This document shows positions 35,938 through 49,069 of a stretch of DNA of 64,000 bases, piece by piece (position 1 is the stretch's first letter; each line of letters starts with the position of its first letter). Source of the DNA: Mytilus californianus (lineage: Eukaryota); assembly GCF_021869535.1 (NCBI RefSeq), contig NW_026262723.1:80414001-80478000 (forward strand), in the 5' to 3' direction. Under the pieces are notes generated by a model that was not told the origin of the DNA, ran no database searches, and saw nothing but the letters and a program-made list of their open reading frames with translations. The translations under genes and the position numbers were made by a program.

Positions 35938-38825
35938 TTTTTATACGACCGCAAAAATTGAAAATTTTTTGGTCGTATATTGGTATGACGTTGGCGTCGT
36001 CGTCGTCGTCTCCGTCGTCGTCGTCGTCGTCGTCGTCCGGCGTCGTCTGGCGTCGTCCGAAGACACATTGGTTTTCGCACTCTAACTTTAGTTTAAGTGA
36101 ATGGATCTCCATGAAATTTTACCATAAGGTTCAATACCATGAAAGGAAGGTTGGGATTGATTTTGGGGGTTATGGTACCAACAGTTAAGGAATTAGGGGC
36201 CAAAAAGGGGCCAAAAATAAGCATTTTTGTAACTTCCAGACAATAACTTGTGTGTATGTGTATGGATCTCTCTGACATTGTACCACAAGGTTCCATATCA
36301 CAAAGGGAAGGCTGTAATTGATTTTGGGGGTAATTGCCTCAAAATTTTAGGAATTAGGGGCCAAAAAAGGGGCAAAAAACAAGCATTTTTCTAGTTTCAT
36401 GACAATAACTTGTGTGTAAGTGCTTGGATATTTCTGAAATTGTACTACAAGGTTCCATATCACAAAGGGAAAGCTGGAATTGAGTTTGGGGGTAATTGCC
36501 CGAAACGTTTAGGAATTGGGGGCCAAAAAGGGGCCAAAAATAAGCATTTTTCTAGTTTCCAGACAATAACTTGTGTTCAAGTGTATGGATCTCTCTGAAA
36601 TTGTACTGCAAGGTACCATACCACAAAGGGAAGGCTGAGATTGAGTTTGGGGTGATGAATCATAAGGGGGTTCAAAAAATTTTGGGGGGGGATTTCTTTT
36701 TTTCTTTTTTTCCTTTTTTTTTTTCTTTTAAAATTTTCCATTTTAAGTTGGTTATTTCTGATTTATATTTAAAAGCAAATAATAATGATATGGTAGGAGA
36801 TACACACCAAACAGGATGTGTAAATTATTATATTATAAGTATTGTGCAATAGCAAGAAATTTTCAATTGCACAGTATTGCACAATAGCAAGAAATCTTCA
36901 ATTGCACAGTATTGCGCAATAGCAAGAAATCTTCAATTGCACAGTATTGCGCAATAGCAAGAAATATCCAATAGCACAATATTGCGCAATAGCAAGAAAT
37001 TGTCAATTGTACAGTATTGCGCAATAGCAAGAAATAATCAATTGCACAGTATTGTGCAAAAGAAGATACTTCCTATAAATTGCTTATTTCTTGATCAATT
37101 TCAATAGGGTTTTATTCTTGAATTCTTGGGGTTCTTTAATATGCTGAATCAAACCGTGTATTAAGTTTTTGGATTTTGGGCCCCGTTTTTAAATTGGTCC
37201 ACATTGAGGTCCAAAGGGTCCAAAATTTTACTTTGTTTGATTTCATCAAAAATTGAATTATTGGGGTTCTTTGATATGCCGAATCTAACCGTGTATTTAG
37301 ATTCTTAATTTTTGGTTCTGTTTTCAAATTGGTCTACATAAAGGTCCAAAGGGTCCAAAATTAAACTTAGTTTGATTTCAACAAAAATTGAATATATGGG
37401 GTTCTTTGATATGCTGAATCTAACCATGTATTTAGATTTTTGATTATGGGCCCAGTTTTCGAGTTGGTCCAAATCGGGGTCCAAAATTAAACTTTGTTTG
37501 ATTTCAACAAAAATTGAATATATGGGGTTCTTTGATATGCTGAATCTAACCATGTATTTAGATTTTTGATTATGGGCCCAGTTTTCCAGTTGGTCCAAAT
37601 CGGGGTCCAAAATTAAACTTTGTTTGATTTCAACAAAAATTGAATATATGGGGTTCTTTGATATGCTGAATCTAACCATGTATTTAGATTTTTGATTGTT
37701 GGGCCCCGTTATCAACTTTGTCCACATTGAGATCAAAAGGGTCCAAAATTAAACTTTGTTTGATTTCATCAAAAATTGAATATATGGGGTTCTTTGATAT
37801 GCTGAATCTAACCATGTATTTAGATTTTTGATTATGGGCCCAGTTTTCAAGTTGGTCCAAATCGGGGTCCAAAATTAAACTTTGTTTGATTTCAACAAAA
37901 ATTGAATATATGGGGTTCTTTGATATGCTGAATCTAACCATGTATTTAGATTTTTGATTATGGGCCCAGTTTTCAAGTTGGTCCAAATCGGGGTCCAAAA
38001 TTAAACTTTGTTTGATTTCAACAAAAATTGAATATATGGGGTTCTGTAATATGCTGAATCTAACCGTGTATTAAGTTTTTGGATTTTGGGCCCCGTTTTT
38101 AAATTGGTCCACATTGAAGTCCAAAGGGTCCAAAATTTAACTTTGTTTGATTTCATCAAAAATTGAATTATTGGGGTTCTTTGATATGCCGAATCTAACC
38201 GTGTATTTAGATTCTTAATTTTTGGTTCTGTTTTCAAATTAGTCTTCATAAAGGTCCAAAGGGTCCAAAATTAAACTTAGTTTGATTTTAACAAAAATTG
38301 AATTTTTAGGGTTCTTTGATATGCTGAATCTAAACATGTATTTAGATTTTTGATTATGGGCCCAGTTTTCAAGTTGGTCCAAATCGGGGTCCAAAATTAA
38401 ACTTTGTTTGATTTCAACAAAAATTGAATATATGGGGTTCTTTGATATGCTGAATCTAACCATGTATTTAGATTTTTGATTTTTGGGCCCTGTTATCATT
38501 TTTGTCCACATTGAGATCAAAAGGGTCCAAAATTAAACTTTGTTTGATTTCATCAAAAATTGAATTCTTGGGGTTCTTTGATATGCTGAATCTAACCATG
38601 TATTTAGATTTTGGATATTGGACCATAATAGGTGAATGTCCAATTTAAAATTTTTAAGTTCTTAGACCACATTCATTCTGTGTCAGAAACCTATGCTGTG
38701 TCAAATATTTAATCACAATCCAAATTCAGAGCTGTATCAAGCTTGAATGTTGTGTCCATACTTGCCCCAACTGTTCAGGGTTCGACCTCTGCGGTCGTAT
38801 CAAGCTGCGCCCTGCGGAGCATTTT
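35938..38825 (+). mobile_element. HINE-like element family F copy 2 (long form) with 35-bp array (36841-37060) and ~126-137 bp array (37130-38600)
   Basis: Same termini as 29289-30268 (atacgaccgca ... tgcggtcgtat, gctgcgccctgcggagc), plus ~1.8 kb of extra internal tandem arrays. Confidence 0.85.
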
Positions 38826-39535
38826 ATTGACTTTTGAGATTAAAATCTGCATTGTTGCCATTAAAATGAAAATTTGTCTATAAACTCTGTAGTAATGTGA
38901 AGATTATGCTTAAAATATAACATACTTCTACAAATTTGTAGCAAAAACAAGAAATTGTGAAACTAATATATGTGGTAAGATGTGGTGCATTAATTGTGTT
39001 GTTAAGTATACATTTTCACAAAGTTTGACATTGCTGATTTCATAGCAACTTTTCACAACAGTATAGAGAAAAATTTATCTTTATATGTCTGCTAACTGAA
39101 ATGTAATGAATGTACAAGAATTGAATGCATCTGTCCTGAATATAACTTTCCTTTGTTGGAATCATGATTCACATAATCATGATAATCATATTACACAATG
39201 CAAAGGTATGTATGGCTTTGATGTTAAGTTGTTTTTCAAAGTCAAAGGTACCAAAAAACTGGGCATATATTTTTAGTTTTGCATAGCAATATATCCTGCT
39301 TATTGCTTGCTTTCTTCCTGGTGGCAGTTAGCTCAATTGTTATCCATTTCAAATTTGCTTGCAGAATACATTTTAGATTTAAAAGTGTTAATATAATGCA
39401 GTTAAAATTGGAATATAAGTTAAAGGATGATATTTAATCCACATTTGTTTATTGCTATCATTTATCTGGTTTTAACATAAAATAAAAATGGTTTAAGTTA
39501 AAGGACATCAAAAAGCTGTGTTTGTATCTTTCCAG

Positions 39536-39973
39536 GTCTTTGAACAGCGACCCAGATTTTTTGCCAGGAAATTTGAACCAGCTGTAAATCAGGACATAAT
39601 CAACAGTTTAGACCTGTACTTGTTTAAAGACAGGCCTCAAGATATGAAATCCTATACAAAGTACTGGCAGAATGAATTCCATCTCAAAGATAATGCAAAC
39701 AACAGGACAGACACATTTCTTAGTTTTTATGGCTCATTTCAAAGGAGGAGTTTAGAAAACCTGAAACATTCATCCTGTCACCTGAAACCAGTTCAGATAT
39801 TAGAATCCAATGCTTACTTTGCAGAAGATCATTATAATGGTGCTTTAGTGTTATATGAAGCTGAGCATCAGCAATCTGGGAAGAAAGTTATATTAGAATC
39901 TCATTTTACAAGAAGACGCCATTATATCATTAGTGATCCACAGGGACCAGCTGGAAGACTACTTAGCTTAGAG
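39536..39973 (+). CDS. XYLT: XYLT exon 10/11
   Basis: ttccag acceptor. RPRFFARKFEPAVNQDIINSLD...LLSLE|GTAATA. Confidence 0.95.
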
Positions 39974-40639
39974 GTAATATTTTTTTCTTCTTCTGAAAAC
40001 AAGTATAGACAACTATTTTTCTATATCAAATATGATAACTACCATAACATATATTTTCTCTATTAAAGAAGATGATTATTGTATAAACATTTTAACACCT
40101 GTGAATTTCCCAGATGAAAAATTTTAGTTCAATCTTTTAGACAAGTAGCATGTTGAATTTTGATTTTTATAATGCAAGAAAACAAACTCTTATCAGCACT
40201 GTAACAATAAGATCAAGGTTGGGAAAATATTGGTAAAGGGAGATAAGTCACAGAAGAATTCTTGAAAATTTGGTGAGAATTTCATTGAATCTGTCAAACT
40301 TTCATCTGCTCTCAGATGACAGATACAGGTTATCTTAAAAGTCAAAAAAGCAGAAGAATAATTGAATGTACAATTTTTCACTCTTAATTGGAATTTTATT
40401 TCTTAAAAAATTATCTTTTCAGACTTAATAAAAAAAAAATATATCAGTATGCATAAACAGATAAATAAATGATTTCATATTAATAGACATCCTGTCCTAT
40501 ATATATCTTTATTCTCATCACCAAATGCATAGGTACAGAGACGACATGCATGTAATACAATACATTAGATACATAAACATAAATATACAATATATACAAC
40601 AATAACAAAGACAAAAAGATATTATTCAGGAGGACACAC

Positions 40640-40900
40640 TCGCTTGTTTAAAATTCGTATAAACTTACATTAATTTATGAGATCCGTCCTATTTGTAGAC
40701 GACATAATTTCAGTAAATAATATAATATTTGGCCTTATACTAAAATTTCGATTTATAAATTTATTTCTCTCTTCTCTAAAATGTGAACAATTAATAATGT
40801 AATGGAATTCATCTCCAATATCTAGCTTACATAAATTACACTTTCTTTTTTCCCTTTCTATATTGTTTATATAAAGTTTCATTTTTCAAATGTTTATACA
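40640..40900 (-). mobile_element. LINE 3'-end remnant (CR1/L2-group) in XYLT intron 10
   Basis: RKCNLCKLDIGDEFHYIINCSHFREER, the same zinc-binding C-terminal motif type as at 7300-7380. Confidence 0.8.
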
Positions 40901-40972
40901 ATGTATTAATAAGATAAGAGATTCAGTGATTTATCATACACGTGGCATAACTACCTTTTATTCTGTTTACAG

Positions 40973-41635
40973 ATAGGCACTGAATACGATTTGAAAGAAA
41001 ATATATTTAGAAATTTTGGACAACTGATAGGTCCTTATAGTGATATGACATTAGAACACAGCTGGACTAGTGGTTCAGACTTCACAATATCTGTAGCCTG
41101 GATAGACCCAACGGAGCTTGTAGCAGCATCATATGACATTGAAATTCCAGCGACCAATCATATAGGTTCTCATAAACCTGAATTGAAAGTTCCACTCAGA
41201 CCCGGTGTATGGAAAGTTAAATTAATGCATAAATGGCAGATAGTTGCAGAGACGTCATTTTTAGTAGTGCCATTAACTACATTCCAACATAGGCCAGTAA
41301 CATTTCAACAAGTTCTTTCATTTCATAATGGACCAGGTAGTCTGTATATCGAAAAAGATTTTAAAGATTTTGACAAAGTACTACACATAAATAGGACTGT
41401 AGAGTTACAAAATGATGCAGATACAAATGGCAGGAAAACAGGTGATCAGCTAGACCATTGGGTTGACCGTTTAACCAAAGCATTCTGGGAATATCAAAAT
41501 ATCTGTATATCTGGTAAAATTTCTATAGGTTGTTTAGAGTTAAATATTTGTGAGAGGACTTTGTGGAGTTCAAGATCAGAAGATCCTAAATCAGAGCTTC
41601 ATGGAATAGATAATAAATCTGGTCGTTTAAGATAG
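40973..41635 (+). CDS. XYLT: XYLT exon 11/11 (Xylo_C domain, stop)
   Basis: ttacag acceptor. IGTEYDLKENIFRNFGQLIGP...AWIDP...PLRPGVWKVKL...WSSRSEDPKSE...GRLR-stop. Confidence 0.95.
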   Translation: MGTEYDLKENIFRNFGQLIGPYSDMTLEHSWTSGSDFTISVAWIDPTELVAASYDIEIPATNHIGSHKPELKVPLRPGVWKVKLMHKWQIVAETSFLVVPLTTFQHRPVTFQQVLSFHNGPGSLYIEKDFKDFDKVLHINRTVELQNDADTNGRKTGDQLDHWVDRLTKAFWEYQNICISGKISIGCLELNICERTLWSSRSEDPKSELHGIDNKSGRLR

Positions 41636-43118
41636 CATTAATCAAAATTAGTCTTTTTATCTATGCATTATTATAATTAATTTGTTATGGACCAAATTTA
41701 GCATGAAATACTGAAATTGCCATTACTTTGCATCTGTCATTTGGGTTATGTAAACTGTTATGTTTAGTTGTCTCTCTTTTGCATAATAGGTTCCTTAATC
41801 TTGATGTATAAAAACATATTGGGGTTACATATAAGCAACAATGTGATAAAAAAACAGGTACAGCCAGAGAGTCAGAAGTTGCTGTACCTTTATTTTGATG
41901 TATGACCAAATAACAAAAAATACACTGGAGCTTTTAGTCCTCTGAAATAACTATTAAGCCTATTTAAACCTGAGTCAAAAGAGGTGGGACTGATTTCATA
42001 ATTAAATCCTGTGCTGGCTTGTGGAGATCATAATTTAATGCACATAGGGTCAGTTTATGAAAGAGATCGATACAGGCTTCTGAGAGCCTTCTGTTATTAA
42101 ATTTCAATGATTTAGACAATGAATTCATACATGTGCCAATAATTGCAATTGCTTGACCAAGTTGTAACTAGTATAAGTGATATCTGTTGTTAAAACTATT
42201 TATTAATAGCTACTGTGTTATGTTTTATTTGAAATAATTGTTTTACTTAATTTTATTTGTCATTAAAATATGTCAATTAAGTCTCTGATATTTTATATGA
42301 TCTAATGTACATGCTTTAGTGATTGTTACGGTCTTAGATTGCAAGTATACATGTAAGACAGTTTGTACTGTGTTATATTCAAGCTTAAGTTAAATCCTAG
42401 TTGATGTATTTTTCCTGTAAATATGTAAGACTCTAAAGTACCATTGTACTCTACAGTGCATGCTAAAGTGCTATGTTGTCAAACTTTAAAGCAATAGTTG
42501 GGTTTTTTGAAGGCGATTATATGACACGCTAAAGTGCGATGGTATGACACACTAAAGTGCAATGGTATGACACACTAAAGTGCAATGGTATGACAGGCTA
42601 AAGTGTGATTGTATAACATGCTAAAGTGCTAATTAAAGGGAATGGGGTTCAGGCAATGGTTTTCGTTTGTTACTGTGTTCCTATTAGTTTTTCGTTTATT
42701 GTTTTGTTTATAATTCAAGCCGTTGTCTTTCTATTGTGAATTGTTTTATAATGGTCATTGTTTGGCGTTATATAGCTTGGCTTGTAGTATGGGCCAAGGC
42801 TAAATGTTGAAGACCGTACGTTTATTAGTTGCATACATCAATAACATTTGGTCTTGGGTGGATAGTTGTCTCATTATCAATCATACCACATTTTCTCATT
42901 TTTTTTTAAAGTACGATAGTTGTCAGAAAAGTGTAATGGTTACATTGCAAAAGCTAGTATATACTTTATGAACCTATCAAACCATGAACCTGTAATTCAT
43001 TGTATGTCGTTCAATGCTGTATTTCGTTTACTGTTTTGTATATAAATCAGGTCGTTATTTACCTCATTTGAATTGCTTTACTCTGGTCATTTTAGGACCC
43101 TTTGGTCTTTATAGAATC

Positions 43119-43327
43119 CTGTAGATTCATTTATTTTCGTGGGTATCAATTTTCGTGGTTTGAGGAAAACTTACATATTCATGGATATTTGATTTCGTAG
43201 TTTTGGCAAAGTCTGCACTCATTCCTATAGAAAATTTGCAATTCGTTGAACATTTAAATTCGTGGTTCTCCTGTACCCACGAAATCCATGAAAATTGGTA
43301 TCCAACGAATATTAATGAATCCACAGT
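43119..43327. mobile_element. MITE (~209 bp) with ~45-bp imperfect TIRs
   Basis: ctgtagattcatttattttcgtgggtatcaattttcgtgg versus reverse complement of ccatgaaaattggtatccaacgaatattaatgaatccacag. Confidence 0.75.
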
Positions 43328-43494
43328 ACTATGCAGTGTTAGCCAATGTTTGGCATTAAAGACCATGCAGTAATCTATAGTGGCTTACATTTATGACATT
43401 TGGTCTTGGATGGAGATTCGTCTCATTTGCAATCATATTATATACTACACCTCTGGTCATAAGGTTACTGTCTAGTTGACGTTTATTATTTGCC

Positions 43495-44166
43495 TTTTTA
43501 GCTCACCGGGGCCCAAAGGGCCCCATGTGAGCTTATGCCATCACTTGGCGTCCGTCGTCGTACGTCGTCTATTGTCATCTGTTGTCGTCTGTCGTCGTAA
43601 ACTGTTTCAAAAATCTTCTCCTCTGAAACTACTGGGCCAAATACCTTCAAACTTCAACTAAATGTTCCTTAGGGTATCTAGTTTATAAATTGTATCCCAA
43701 GTTTGTATCCATCGACAAACATGGCCGCCATGGCTAAAAATAGAACATAAGGGTCAAATGCAGTTTTTGGCTTATATCTCAAAAACGAAATCTTTTAGAG
43801 CAAATGTGACAGGGGTAAAATTGTTTAATTGGTCAAGATCTATCGGCCCTGAAATTTTCAGACAAATCTAACAACCCATTGTTGGGTTGCTGCCACCGAA
43901 TTGGTAGTTTTAACAAAATTTTGCAGTTTTTTGTTATTATTTTGAATATTATTATAGATATATATAAACTGTAAGTAGCAATAATGTTCAGCAAAGTAAG
44001 ATCTACAAAAAAGTTAATATGACCAAAATTGTCAATTGACCCCTTAAGGAGTTATTGCCCTTTAAAGACAATTTTACACAATTTGTTCATCAAGTTTGCT
44101 AACATTTAAAAATCTTCTCCTCTGAAATACAGGTGAGCGATTCAGGCTCTTGAGAGCCTCTTGTTT
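43495..44166 (+). mobile_element. HINE-like element family H
   Basis: tttttagctcacc 5' subTIR with internal gtgagct, (GTC)n tract, 3' ggtgagcg plus aggctc-ttga-gagcct hairpin, T flanks. Confidence 0.85.
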
Positions 44167-45489
44167 ACTTTCTTTTACGGTATACTTTGGCGAACAAATG
44201 CACTTTTACAGAAAAACACACTTTAGCATATTGAGGCATCAGACTTTAGTGTGTTCCATTGAATAGGGTAGACCATCACACTTTAGCGTGACCATTGTGT
44301 TTAAGAGTCCCCATCGCACTTTAGAGTCCTACAAATATAAGAGAGTTACAAACATTGTCAAGTGAAAAAAAGACTAGTTACTTTTCACTTTTAAAGTACT
44401 TCCAAGCTGCAAGAAAAATGTATGTCTTGTATAGCTTAAATCCTATCATTCATATATACATAAGATGCTTTGATATAATTTTTATGTTAAGTTCAACATT
44501 ATTTCATAATTATATCTGAGACAGAAAAACAACGAACAAGTTGTAATTTATTGAAAATCTAATTAAAGTTTGTGAATCATGACACATGTGAATAAAGGTA
44601 TATGAACATTTGCCATGAAATTGTTTCTCTCACAGGGTTAAAGTTATTAAGTATATGAAACCCAGTGGAATTTTAATATAAATAGTACAATGGATTAATT
44701 TATATTCTTAAAACAATATCAACAGTTTTATATAGATCACTAATATCAAAATGTTATTCAGTGCTGTATATATTTTTCTGTTAAAGAACATTTTTACCAG
44801 CATATGTTTTTTTTCTTCAAATCATGCATTTTTGGGGTAAAATTTTACATTAAAAGACATGGGAAACCAAAAGACAATCTCACTTTAGCATATAAATCAT
44901 TTTCATTCTGATGAGTTATTGGTATGAATATTTTTACAGCTCTGCTTTTAGAATAATCAATATGTATATCCTGGTCATCATATTATTCTACTGTGTTCAT
45001 TTCATTTATTATTTACTTTTTATGGTGCTCTTAATACATGGTAGCATTTGTTTTTAATATGTATGGTTATATTCTTATTACCGGTACAAGATAGATCTTA
45101 TTTCAGTTATTATATACATGCTTTCAAAAGTATTGTTTATGTTCTACAGAAGATATTTACATGTTACTACCGTTTATATATCATCTTGCAGTCATTGATG
45201 TCTTTATTTTTTTAAACTGATGTACTGTTTGTTGTCTGAGAAGAATATCAAAAAGTGAAACATAGATATTAATAGAACAGTGACAGCCTTGTCAATACCT
45301 CATATTTAAAAGAGCTCAATTCTCTGTCCTCTAACTCGTGTTTTAGTGACTCTGGAATTTTTACATTGTTAATTTGTTAGGTATTGTGAAAAGATGTGTT
45401 TATATAGAAGGTGCTTAACGTTTTCCTTCATTTCAATTTCAAGCAGCTTCAGTCACCAATAAAGATTATTCCTTTGTTAAAACATTTAG

Positions 45490-46060
45490 GATTGCGACCC
45501 AGGTTCATGTCACAATAACACAATGACGAGATGTATAAGTACCGAGCCACGTCAAATGGATATCACCAAAAATAGACTAAACAGTAAAAGTAATATTCAA
45601 AAAGACAATTAAAAAAATACTATAACACGTTATTAAGATGATACACAGTATCTATACTTCAAGACCATCGTGTATTATTTGTGAAGTTGATACGGAATAT
45701 TTATCAACAAGGTCTTTGTACCTTCCTATGAACTTTTTTAGAAAAAGGACGAGACGTTCTTTGACATACCCCTGGTTCATCAACTTTCTGCTCAGACACT
45801 GGTGACGTTTTACAAAGTCTGAGTAGCAGCTGCAAGCTCTTGAATACCGAATAAGTTGGGAAATGTATATCCCATATGCAGGTGAAATTGGTATATTGCT
45901 ACTAAGGTGGGAGGAATTGATAATTTCAAAATTAGAATCGTCTCGTTTGTCATAGATTCTGGTACTGAGATGACCGTGTATGTCAAATTTGAGGTATAAG
46001 TCTAAAAATGAGGTGGAGGAAGTAAAAAAGTAAGCATTTTCCTTTAAATCTTTCAATTTT
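45490..46060 (-). mobile_element. Penelope-like element RT remnant
   Basis: SFLDLYL...TRIYDKRDD...SNIPISPAYGIYISQLIRYSRACS...LMNQGY. Confidence 0.88.
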
Positions 46061-46804
46061 GCTGAATAAACTTTGTGATAAAGGTTATTATGTACTATTG
46101 TTGTTCAATCATTTTGTTTAGAATATTTGGGAGATGTTTTAGTTTAAAGTTATGAAGAAAAATCTTGATAGACAATTCATAATTGGAATTGTATCATATA
46201 AGCATCTCTGAACTAAACCTTAGTTTATTACTCCATATCAATGTATGAAAGTTTTTAATAGAAGTGATGAATGCAAACTATTTTTTTAACTGTTATTTAA
46301 ATCACCTTAATACTTGCAAACTTTGGTGTTATGAAGTTACTGAAATTGTCATGTCCTCTAAAATGAAAATTAGCTGTCTTTAATGGTCCATGACATTATG
46401 TGAAAGTTCCATAAGATTTAATAAATCTGTACTTCAATTAACATCCTGAAATCAAGAGTTGAAATAAAGGTGTAATAAAGTAATTCAAATATATACCTTG
46501 ATGCAACAAATGATGACAGTCTCTGGAATCATAATGTTTATAATCTTAGTAACACTCATTGCAAGCACCATATAATTGAAACCATTTGTTCATACAAAAG
46601 TCACCCTTCTTAAAATTGACACCATAAGCCAATAAAAGTGGAATTAACATGAATTGTGCAATGAATACTACAAAAAGAAGTCAGTTGTTGTTGTGATAGA
46701 AACTTGTTTTGATGAGAGTCTTATACTTTAAATATTTATATGTGTTTTGACTATTAAGCTTCTACGTGTAATTATGTATGCATATTTTATTTGAAATTTG
46801 TATT

Positions 46805-47300
46805 TAAATGCAATTTTTGGTCCCTTACAAAGTCGCAGATGTAAGACTTAGCATGCTGTTTCGGGCAGGGAATGCATCAACAATTTGTTAAAGTTTGTGA
46901 TTATTTCCGTTTAATGGGTCACTTATGGTGAATCAATGCTATTTGGTATGGACGTATAAGCAATAGAACATCTCATTTTCATGGAGATTTTTAGCCCCAT
47001 CCCCTAAGTCATGGTTTTCTCTACTGGCTTTAAAATATTAGTATACCGGTAGTTTACATTTAAAGTTTGTGATTAGGTCATTTTATGGGAGACACTAATG
47101 GTAAGTCAATGATATTTGATATTCAGTTGTATAAACATTGGCATATTTCATTTCCATGAAGATTATGTGACCTTGCCCCTACAGTCATCATTCATTGACT
47201 TTTGCATAGTTTACCAGTTAAAATGTTGTTACTTTAATTTCTACATTTGCATTATACTATCAAATTACATACAGGCAAGACATATCTCTGTATCAACAGT
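46805..47300 (+). mobile_element. HINE-like family A copy 3 (degenerate)
   Basis: Shares tttgtgattagg, ctcatttccatg and ggcaagacatatctctgt..aacag with 20612-21624. Confidence 0.65.
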
Positions 47301-48103
47301 TTTGAAAACATAATCACTACCTTCATTGAGGCTGAAATTGTTTTAGAGGGATAAGTTATCATAAATTGTCATTCTTTTCGGACACAAAAAAAATCTTCTA
47401 TTTACACTACCATCAGACATGGTATTTTTTTTCAAAGACCAGTGGCAAACATTGGAGGCGAAGAAAATAATTCCATGATTTCATTTTTTACACTTAAAGA
47501 GCTGAACTAGAAAATGTTGATAGAATAATGAATAGCAGGTATTGAAATATATAAATCACTTAGAATTAGATTAAAAATTGTTTATAGTAATTCACTAAAC
47601 AATGGCTGTGATTCTATCATTAGATATTAGTTTTTAGATTTGATTGTAATTTAACTCCAATGCAACTTAATTTGTTGCATTACTTAATCTTTTGATAGTA
47701 TATTAGTTTTTTGAATGGTCTATTTACTATTAACGTATACACAAATATTTTGAATTGTTATATATATTGTTGTTCTTCCATGATGTTGTAAAATTCTACT
47801 TATGACAAACTTGTTTACTACTACGGCAAATATTTAATGGTTAGGTTCACTTTTAATTTTGTCATTTACTATTTTTTATTGATCTGTTTGTCTTTGTGCA
47901 TTCAATTAAATGCTAATTTTGGTTTAATTTTTTTGTTAAAAGGCTGTGACAAACTAGGAAGTTAAAAAAAGTCAGTCAGATGTATTTTTTTCAAATTGTA
48001 AAAATTGGTACTGATCTAGTTTAGATAATCTCAAATATGTTACTAATGTTAAACTTATCTAGAATAAATCTTTTTACCAATTGTTTCACATATACTTCCA
48101 TAA

Positions 48104-48488
48104 TATGTAACATAGATGTTGTCATTGTTTGACTTACATACCATACTATGTAACATAGATGTTGTCATTGTTTGACTTACATACCATACTACGTAACATA
48201 GATGTTGTCATTGTTTGACTTACATACCATACTACGTAACATAGATGTTGTCATTGTTTGACTTACATACCATACTACGTAACATAGATGTTGTCATTGT
48301 TTGACTTACATACCATACTACGTAACATAGATGTTGTCATTGTTTGACTTACATACCATACTACGTAACATAGATGTTGTCATTGTTTGACTTACATACC
48401 ATACTACGTAACATAGATGTTGTCATTGTTTGACTTACATACCATACTACGTAACATAGATGTTGTCATTGTTTGACTTACATACTAT
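48104..48488. repeat. Minisatellite, 43-bp unit, ~9 near-identical copies
   Basis: Tandem acgtaacatagatgttgtcattgtttgacttacataccatact with no spacers. Confidence 0.97.
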
Positions 48489-49069
48489 ACAGAGATGCTG
48501 AACACTCAGATTAGAATTCTAGTACTTTACACCTACTTCTTCTACTGAAGTGAAAGGTCATAAATGAACAAGCTTCAACAAGGCTTATCACCACACAGTA
48601 CCTACTATTCACTGGCTTCCTACACAAGAAACCTTACACATTTTGTTCTATATGATCCAATATCTATATCCAGTAAATGCTGATGAACACACTTCAACAA
48701 TGATTCAACTGAACACCAAAATATCCCCACTATGCATTGGCTTCCAAAATTACATAAGAAACTTTATAAATTTAGTTTTATATCTGCATAAAGTGAAAAT
48801 TTTCAACTGCATTTTTTCTGTTCTTCTGAGTAGTTCCCTTTCAACTCTTAGCTACATTCCTATGAGTTCTAGGTTGTCATCATTGACTTGTATGTTTCCG
48901 TTATTACGTATCAGTATCTACAACATAATCTTATCAAAGAGAAATTGTTAAATCTGATAAAAATGAAATAGTCTTGATAAATCTAGTTGCAACTTTATCA
49001 TACTGTAGTTGTTATCATTCCTTTTGGACATAAAACAAAATTTGTATGAGCCATCATCTTTTTGCAAGC

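Larger units (their letters stand above)
42370..44335. repeat. Putative old TIR element marked by inverted subterminal ctaaagtg/cactttag arrays, with nested inserts
   Basis: Multiple ctaaagtg at 42370-42630 and multiple cactttag at 44215-44335. Termini not resolved. Confidence 0.4.

Noticed and set aside
37136-38520. Cluster of repetitive minus-strand ORFs
   Set aside because: Translations of the ~126-bp array inside family F. No splice or start context.
48104-48488. CRISPR-like regular repeat
   Set aside because: Units are contiguous with no unique spacers, there are no cas genes, and the context is eukaryotic.
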